From Rebecca billardiae RCC1528 (lineage: Eukaryota; Protista; Haptophyta): a stretch of 64,000 nt of DNA. Numbering within the stretch: the first letter of the stretch is position 1; each line of letters opens with the position of its first letter. Positions 56,546 through 64,000 of the stretch are shown one piece after another. The stretch covers positions 434,001-498,000 of the forward strand of contig OZ251230.1 in NCBI GenBank assembly GCA_965240325.2. The letters are read 5' to 3'. The notes below the pieces were generated by a model. It had not been told where the DNA came from. It searched no databases and saw only the letters and a program-made list of their open reading frames with translations. The position numbers and the translations under genes are program-made.

Positions 56546-59113
56546 ATGAAAGGGTTCAAGCGGGGCGGCGGCAAGCTCAAGCACGTCGGCCGCGAGAGCT
56601 TCAAGTTCTCCTTTGACGTGCGCGTCGTCGAGGTGTCGGGCCTCCCGCAGTCGGTCATCTCCTCCGCGACCGGCGGCGAGGTCGCCGCCACCCTCTCTCG
56701 CGGCGTCAAGGTGGCGAGGTGAGCGCGAGCGTGCGCTTGCGCGCGCGCGCGCGCGCGGCGCGAGCGAGGCGCCCATGGCTCAGTCGCCGCCACACCGCCT
56801 CGCCCCCCCGCGCGCCGGCAGGACGCACGTCGCCATCTCCGCCAACGGCGTCGTGCGCTGGCCCGCGGGCTCGGCCGGCATCGCGAGTGTGGTCGCGACG
56901 CTGTACAAGTCACAGGACAAGCAGGGCCTGGGCAAGGCGTACTCGTCCAAGCCGTACCGCTTCGCGATCGTGCTGCCCGCGGGCGCCGCTGGCTCTGCCG
57001 TGCAGCGGCGCAAGCTGCCCGGCCTGCCGTCCATGCCGCGCCCGGGCGTCGGCGCGGGCGGCGCGGCAGGCGCGACCGCGGCGGCGGCGAGCCCGGCCGA
57101 GCTGGCGGCGGCCGACCTCGATCTGGGCCCGCTTGCGCCGAGCCCGGGCGAGGCGCGCAGCGAGCACCAGTTCGAGCTCGACCTGCCGCTCCGCGCCGGC
57201 GGCGGCACGGCGCGCGCCCGCCTCGTCGTCACGTGTGAGGCGCTGAGCAGCTCGGCCGGCGTGCGCGGCGTGGGCGGCGGCGACGACGACGACGACGACG
57301 ACAGCAGCGACGCGATGTCCGTGTCCTCGCGGCTCGGCCCGCTGATGAGCGCGATGGCGCCGCCGGTGGCGCCCGGCCCGACGTCGGCCGCCGCCGCCGA
57401 GCGCGCCGCCGCGCACGCCGGCGGGGCGCCGCCGCAGGCCGAGGGCCTGCCGCCGCCGCCGCCCGCGCCGGGCGCGGCCGAAGGCGGCGGCGGAGGCGCG
57501 GACGCGCCGTCGTCGCGCGCGGCCGCCGAGCACGACGAGTACATGGCGAGCCTTCGCGAGATGCGCGAGGGCATGAGCGCCGAGCTCACGCGCCGGCGCA
57601 CCAAGCGCGAGGAGCGCGCGGCGTCCGGCGCGGGCGCGACGCTGTCGCCCGCGCCGCAGCGCGCGGGCGGCGCGTGCGCCACGCCGGGGAGTGTTGGGAG
57701 CAGCCTAAGCGGACTGGGACTGGGCGGCGGCGGCGGCAGCGTGCGCGAGTCGTCGCACGCGGCGGCGCAGGCGGCCGAGCTGATGCGCCTGCGCGACGAG
57801 CGCCTCGCGCTGCTCGCCGAGCTCGACGACGCGCGCGTCGCCCTGCTCGGCGCGAACGAGCGCGCCGCGTCGGCGGAGGTGGCGGCGGCGGCGGCGGCGG
57901 ACGAGGCGCGCTCGGCCGGCGCGCGCGCGGCGAGTGCGCACTCGCAGCTGGAGGCGCACGGCTCGAGCGCGCGCGAGGAGGCGTCGCGCGCCGCGCGCGC
58001 GGAGTCGGCGCTGCGCGAGGCGCAGGCGGAGGCGGCGGAGACGCGCGCGGCGCTCGAGGCCGAGAGCGCCAAGCGCGTGCAGGCGGAGGCGGCGGCGCGC
58101 GAGGCGCGCGCGGAGGCGGCGGCCGCGGCCGCGCGCGCCGCCGCGGCGCCCGCGGCGGCGTCCGCCTCGAGCGCGCGCGCCGAGGGCGCCGAGGCGGCGG
58201 CGGCGGCGGCGAGCGCGTCGGCGGACGCGCTGCGCTCCGAGCTCACCGCCCTGCGCGCCGAGTGGGACGACTCCCTCAAGCGCGTCACCACCTCCGCCAA
58301 CCGCAAGCTCGACCGGCTCGAGGCGGAGAACGAGGCGTTGCGCGGCGCACACGCGGAGGGGGCCGAGCAGGTGGCCGCGCTGAGGGAGCGGGCGCGCGGC
58401 GCGGAGGAGCGCGCCGTCGAGGCGGAGCGCGCGCTGGGCGGCGCGCGCGAGGCGCTGGCCGCGGAGAAGGCGGCGCGCGCCGCCCTGGACGCGGAGGTCG
58501 CCGCGGCGGCCGCGGGGCGCGCCGAGCTGACGCAGTCGCTGCATGAGGCGCGCGCGCAGCTGCACGCGCTCGAGCGCGCCGCACCCTCGCCCGCGCCCTC
58601 GACGGGCACGCTGGCGACGGCGACGCCCGTCAAGCCGGCGTGCACGCCGAACGGCGCCGAGCCGACGGCGTGGGGCGGCGTCGACGTCGGTCCGGGCGGT
58701 CCGGGCGAGGAGGACGGCGAGGAGGAGGACGAGCGCGACGAGCAGCTGTACGAGCTCACCTTCGAGGTGATCGACGTCAAGATGAGGTGCGGGGCAGCGG
58801 CGGGCGCGCGGGCGCGTGGCGGGCGCGCGCGCGAGCGAGCGCCTCACGCGCGCGGGCGCGCGCAATGTGCTCTCCACCCGCGCGCAGGCTGGCGCAGAGC
58901 GAGTACGAGCGCGACAAGGCGCGGCTCGAGACGCGACGCGCGCTGCAGGCGCTCGAGGAGGCGCGGGCGGGCACGACCGAGGCGGGCGTCGAGCTGGGCG
59001 TCGAGCTGACGGCGCTCGAGGTGCGCAACGCGCGGCTCCGGCGCGAGCTCGCCACGGCCACGGCGCGGCTCGCCGAGCTCGAGGCGGCGGCGGCCGCCGC
59101 CGCGCGCGCATGA
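56546..59113 (+). CDS. NT-type C2 domain (EEIG1/EHBP1-like) plus long coiled-coil protein; exons 56546-56718, 56822-58786, 58888-59113
   Basis: KFSFDVRVVEV, RGVKV, VVRW, ATLYK, YSSKPYRF, AAADLDL; two GT-AG introns keep the frame. Confidence 0.78.
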
Positions 59114-59319
59114 GCGCGGCCATTCTGGCGCGGGCCGTTCGCTTCCCCCGGCCGTCCGCCGCGGGTAAATGTACAAAATCATGCCGGTTTGGGCCAATCA
59201 GATGTGACGAGCCACCCAGGACCCGGCCGTGTAATCACGAGCACCGGGCGGCCGGCCGTGGCCGAAGCCGACCGCCAAGTGCGCCAACGTCCGCTCCGCC
59301 TAGAGCCTACTCTTGCACG

Positions 59320-61426
59320 ATGCTGCGAGGCGCGACGCGGGCCTTCTCGTCCGCGCAGGCGGCGCAGTCGTCCGCGAGCGTGCGCATCGTCAATAGCCCC
59401 GTCACACCGAGCGTCACGCGCCTGCTGATCGACGGCAAGTTTGTTGACGCCTCGAATGGCAAGACCTTTTCCAACGTCGACCCGCGCACCGGCGGCACGA
59501 TCTGCGAGGTGGCGCAGGCGACGGCGCAGGACGTAGACTCGGCGGTCAAGGCGGCGCGGCGCGCGTTCGACCACGGCCCGTGGCCAAAGATGAGCGGTCG
59601 CGAGCGCGGCCGCATCCTGCACCGCTTTGCGGACCTCCTGGAGACGAATCTGGACGAGCTCGCGCTGCTGGAGACGCTGGACAACGGCAAGCCGATCAAC
59701 TTCAGCCGCGCGGCGGACGTGCCGCTCTCGGTCGACCACTTTCGCTACTACGCCGGCTGGGCGGACAAGATCTCGGGCCGGACCATCCCCGTCGGTGCGC
59801 GCGCGCGCGCGCGCCAGAGCAGGCCGGTGGTGCGGGCGCGTGCAAGCCGCTTTGCGGCCGTGGCGCGCGCGCGCTCCTCAGCCTGCCCGCTGCGCGCGCG
59901 CGCGCGCGCAGACGGCGACTTCTTCGCGTACACGCTGCACGAGCCGATCGGCGTCATCGGCTGCATCATCCCCTGGTGCGCGCGTGCCCCGACGTCCCTC
60001 CCCGCCGCGCGCGGCACTGGCCGTCGCCCTAGCCGGCCGGCCGGCGCGCGCCGCCGCGCGCGCACGCTCACGCGGCGGTGTTGGCGCCTTCCGCGCGCGC
60101 GCGCCGTTCAGGAACTTCCCGCTGCTGATGGCGGCATGGAAGCTCGCGCCGGCCCTCGCGACGGGCAACACCGTCGTGCTCAAGGTCGCCGAGCAGACGC
60201 CGCTCACCGGCCTGCGCGCGGGCGAACTCGCGCTCGAGGCGGGCATTCCTCCGGGCGTGCTCAACATTGTGCCTGGGCTGGGCGAGGAGGCGGGCGAGGC
60301 GCTGACGCACCACCCGCAGGTGGACAAGCTGGCGTTCACCGGCTCGACGGAGGTGGGGCGGAAGGTGATGATCGCCGCGGCCGCCGACCTGAAGCGCGTC
60401 AGCCTCGAGCTGGGGGGCAAGTCGCCCGCCATCGTGTGCCACGACGCAGACCTCGACCAGGCGGTCGAGGAGACGCAGTGCGCGCGCGACACGCACGGCG
60501 ACACGCGCCGCGCGCGCGGGGCTGGGCGCGGCGGCGGGGTGCCCGCCGCCTCGCGGGCGCGGCACGCCGCGGCACGCCGCCCGAGCTCGCGCGCCCTCCC
60601 GCCTCGCACGCCGCCGACGCCGCCGCCCCTTGCGACCCCTCCTTCCGCGCGTGCCCCGCGCGCGCCCAGCTTTGCGCTCTACTTCAACCACGGCCAGTGC
60701 TGCTGCGCGGGCTCGCGGCTGTTTGTGCACGCGGACGTGTACGACGAGTTCGTCCGCAGGGTGGTGGCACGCGCGCAGACGGCGAAGCTGGGCGACCCGT
60801 TCGAGACGGACACGGACCAGGGCCCGCAGGTCTCCGAGGAGCAGATGAAGAAGATCCTCGGGTACATCTCGCTCGGCAAGGAGCAGGGCGCGTCTCTGCT
60901 CACCGGCGGCGCGCAGCACGGCTCGCACGGGTACTGGGTGCAGCCGACCATCTTCGCCGACGTCGACGACGAGATGGCGATCGCCAAGGAGGAGATCTTT
61001 GGGCCGGTGATGTCGATCATGAAGTACGACGACTACGACGACGTCGTGCGCCGCGCGAACGCGAGCGAGTACGGCCTCGCCGCCGGCGTGTGGACGACGA
61101 GCCTCGACCGCGCCAACACGCTCTCGCGCGCGCTGCGCGTCGGCACGGTGCGCGCGCGCCGTGCGGCCCGAGCGCGCGCCGCGCTCGGCCCGTCCTGCCC
61201 ACCTCACGCGAGAGCCGCGGCCCACGCCGCCGCGCCCCCGGCGGCGATGCGCGGCGCGCGGCCCTCGCAGGTGTGGGTGAACACGTACAACCAGTTCGAC
61301 GCCGCCGCGCCGTTCGGCGGGTACAAGCAGTCGGGCATCGGGCGCGACAAGGGTGAGTACGCGCTCGCGCAGTACACCGAGACCAAGCTCGTGCAGATGC
61401 CGCTCAAACAGCCCGCGTGGAAGTAG
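59320..61426 (+). CDS. ALDH2: Mitochondrial aldehyde dehydrogenase (ALDH2 family); exons 59320-59794, 59912-59975, 60112-60477, 60670-61147, 61271-61426
   Basis: IIPW|[52 protein letters not shown]; presequence [11 protein letters not shown]. Confidence 0.96.
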
Positions 61427-61995
61427 CGGACCCATCAAGCCGTCGAGCCATCGTCGCGACGACCGGATATACTATTACATATACTACTCGCTAAGTAGCT
61501 GCTGCTACATGAGCAGCCCGAGCGCAGAGCCGAGCAGCAGAGTGCCGCAGTCTGCTACTGCACATAATGAGTCGTCGTGCTGCAGGCATATTCGTCATCG
61601 TGAATCGTGACGCGATGTCGATTAGTATATGACGATTCGTGACACTGCGTAGTGCGTAACTAGTGCGTGCACGTACGGTGCCCATGAGCGCGCAGTAGCG
61701 CAGTCTGAGTCCGTATAACTCTCGGAGACTGAGTAGCCGCCTAAGTAGTCATAGCTTGGCACTCACGCAGACAGGCGGTCACACGGGGCAGTACTCAGTA
61801 GTACCCGAGCACCGCTGCACCGCCGGCATCGGCATCAGCAGCGGCGGTCGTATCTCTCATGCATGACTCATATCATCACCATCAGTCGACAGTCGTGCGT
61901 GGTCAGCAGAGCAACACTGACAGCGTGTCACGCTCAGGCGAGGGTCAATAATCGGTCGTCGTCGTCCTCGACCTCAGCATCAAACCTCAGTAGCA

Positions 61996-63525
61996 TCAAA
62001 GCCTGCCGCGCCCATCGTCGTCGACCCACGGGTGCGTGCGCAGCGCGCTCATCCCGAGCCGCTCCTCGGGCACGGGCCGGAGCAGGCCGTCGAGTAGCTC
62101 TTGCGCGTCGAGCGGGAGCTCATCGAACGTGTGGAGCACGTACACGCGCTTGCCGGCGCACGCGCGCAGCGGGTTGAGCCGGCGCAGGGACACGTACGCG
62201 TGCAGGTGTGCAGACTCGACGGTGGGCGGCACGCCCGTGAGCATGTACCGCAGCGTGGCGCCGAGGCCGTACGAGTCGACCACCATCGACGTCTTGACCA
62301 CCACGCCGTCGACGACCCCACCCACCGCGCTCGCGTCCGTCTGGAAGCGGCTCTCATCGAACACCTCGGGCGCCCCAAACTCGGCGGTGCCCTGCGGCGC
62401 GAGGTCGATGGCGAGCATTGACGGCTGCGCCGCGAGCTTGACGGTCGATGCGCGCCTCATCGGGCTGCGGAACGTGCTGGCGCGGCGCCCGCGGGACGAG
62501 TTGGACGGGCTCGCAGAGCTCGCGAACGTCGCCGCGGAGAACGTGTCCTGCGTCTTGAGCGTGGGCGGCAGCGCCGCGCCCGTCTTCTGCGCGTGTGCAG
62601 CCGTGCGCTTGCGGTACTCTGCGATGCGCGCCTCGTCGATCGCCTCCGCCAGGCCAAAGTCGAGGAGCTTGATGCGCGGGGAGGGCGGAATCGGATGCTC
62701 CGCGTCAGCGTCGGAGCCCAGCACCATGATGTTCGCGGGCTTGATGTCCCGGTGTAGCACTGCAGCGACAGCACGCACGCGGGCCGTGGCGCGCGCGCGC
62801 CCATCAGTCAGCCGCCGGGCCGGTGGGGCGCGCGCGGCGATGCTCGGCGCATTACCTCCGCGCCAGTGCATGTACTCGATCGCGTTGACCATCTGCGCGA
62901 AGATCTGCTTGCACACGCCCAGCTCGAGCGCGCCGCGCCGCAGCAGCAGCTGCTGCAGGTCGTCCCCCTCACACAGCTCGAGAACCAGCCACCAGCGGCG
63001 CACCCACGGCGCGGTCGGGTCTGCCTCCTGCGGCTCGGGCTTCTGCGCGAAGACCTCGGCGAGCGAGACGATCGCGGGGTGGCTCATCCGGCGCAGGGTC
63101 TCGATCTCGTTCCGCACCGACTCCGACTTTGCCGTGGGCTTGCCGCCCTCCGAGCGGTCAAAGACCAGCTTCACCGCTACGTCTGTCCCGCTCTTGATGT
63201 GCGTCGCGAGCGTGACCGACCCGAAGCCTGCGCACGCCGAGGCGCGGGCGCGCGGGGAGGCACGTGTGCGCGTGCGCAAGCGTCGACAGCTGCTCGCGCG
63301 CGCACGCCCGCCTTCCCTCGCCGGGGGGCGCGCACCTCCGCTCCCAAGCTTGTTGTGGAAGTTGAACGCAGACTTCCAGCTGTCGTCGGACACGTTGTGC
63401 AGCGGCGCGTGCCAGCGCTTGCCCGCAGCGAGCGCCCGCGACCACTCGCCCACCACCGAGACGTCGCTCTCGTCCTCGACCAGCGCCTCCTTCGACGTCG
63501 ACTTCGCCGTCTTCCACGTGAACAT
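61996..63525 (-). CDS. Ser/Thr protein kinase (CAMK-like) with long activation-loop insert; exons 63525-63336, 63227-62856, 62759-61996
   Basis: GSGG|FGSV, VAVK, HRDIKPAN, DFG, GTAEFGAPE, DSYGLG; two in-frame GT-AG introns. Confidence 0.9.
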   Translation of the reverse strand: MFTWKTAKSTSKEALVEDESDVSVVGEWSRALAAGKRWHAPLHNVSDDSWKSAFNFHNKLGSGGARPPAREGGRARASSCRRLRTRTRASPRARASACAGFGSVTLATHIKSGTDVAVKLVFDRSEGGKPTAKSESVRNEIETLRRMSHPAIVSLAEVFAQKPEPQEADPTAPWVRRWWLVLELCEGDDLQQLLLRRGALELGVCKQIFAQMVNAIEYMHWRGGNAPSIAARAPPARRLTDGRARATARVRAVAAVLHRDIKPANIMVLGSDADAEHPIPPSPRIKLLDFGLAEAIDEARIAEYRKRTAAHAQKTGAALPPTLKTQDTFSAATFASSASPSNSSRGRRASTFRSPMRRASTVKLAAQPSMLAIDLAPQGTAEFGAPEVFDESRFQTDASAVGGVVDGVVVKTSMVVDSYGLGATLRYMLTGVPPTVESAHLHAYVSLRRLNPLRACAGKRVYVLHTFDELPLDAQELLDGLLRPVPEERLGMSALRTHPWVDDDGRGRL

Positions 63526-64000
63526 GGCGCTCGTGCTTGTGCTGTGATTTTTTAGGTGCGCATCTTTGAGGCAGCAACACCGCAACTTGAGAGTCTTTGA
63601 GACACCGCAGCCGTTGCCCAATGAGGAACCGGCACGGAAGCGGAATCTGAGAATCTTACGGCCAAGACAGTGGCAATTGGCAGCCTGATACTACGTACTA
63701 CGTATGAACTAGAAATGGCATACCGAGATGAAATATTCCGATAGGATTCTCCAATAATCGACCGCGCAGGGGCGCGGTCGGCCGGTCGGGTTGCCGTGCA
63801 CTGGTTCCGCTGGCCGCGGCCCTCAGATCACGCCCGCGCGTCCGAGCGGTAGAGGGAGCTCCCGGGCGATATTCTGCCCAACACCGCCAGTGCCGGACGG
63901 CACAGAGATCGCGAGCTACTGTGACTGCTCTTCAGCCGTACGCAAGAAGCGAGGGCCACCCTGAGCGCGCGCTCAAGCCGCATGTGCATTCTCACTACCT

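Noticed and set aside
63526-63621. Apparent MGNGC myristoylation/palmitoylation N-terminus of the kinase
   Set aside because: The ORF-track start at 63621 is TTG, not ATG; the first ATG is at 63525.

Overview
Eukaryotic, very GC-rich nuclear DNA with short spliceosomal introns (mostly GTGCGC...GCGCAG, filled with (GC)n) and AT-richer intergenic spacers carrying (TA)n/(TG)n/(GA)n microsatellites. The style and a bipartite plastid-targeting presequence suggest an alga with a secondary plastid, possibly a pavlovophyte haptophyte (inference only). I reconstructed 20 intact protein genes with 26 introns by hand, plus a decayed FkbM-type methyltransferase pseudogene, a tRNA-Gln and an intronic box C/D snoRNA. 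The strongest candidate for an undescribed system is the locus at 31663-35138: one spliced reading frame fuses an NSDHL/ERG26-type sterol C4-decarboxylase domain that has lost its catalytic YxxxK (now AxxxR) to a complete CYP51 sterol 14-demethylase. Its second intron hosts a double-guide snoRNA with variant C/D boxes that targets the LSU rRNA P-loop. Other highlights: a tandem two-module CNBD-ankyrin K+ channel with one GYG filter and one degenerate filter, a ~2.1 kb palindrome holding two head-to-head HSP20 genes, a myosin with a WD40 tail, an FLZ-like zinc finger, a tRNA with C33, and two GC-AG introns. Most long ORFs in the supplied track are shadow frames of GC-rich genes. All family calls come from motif recognition by eye; no database search was run.
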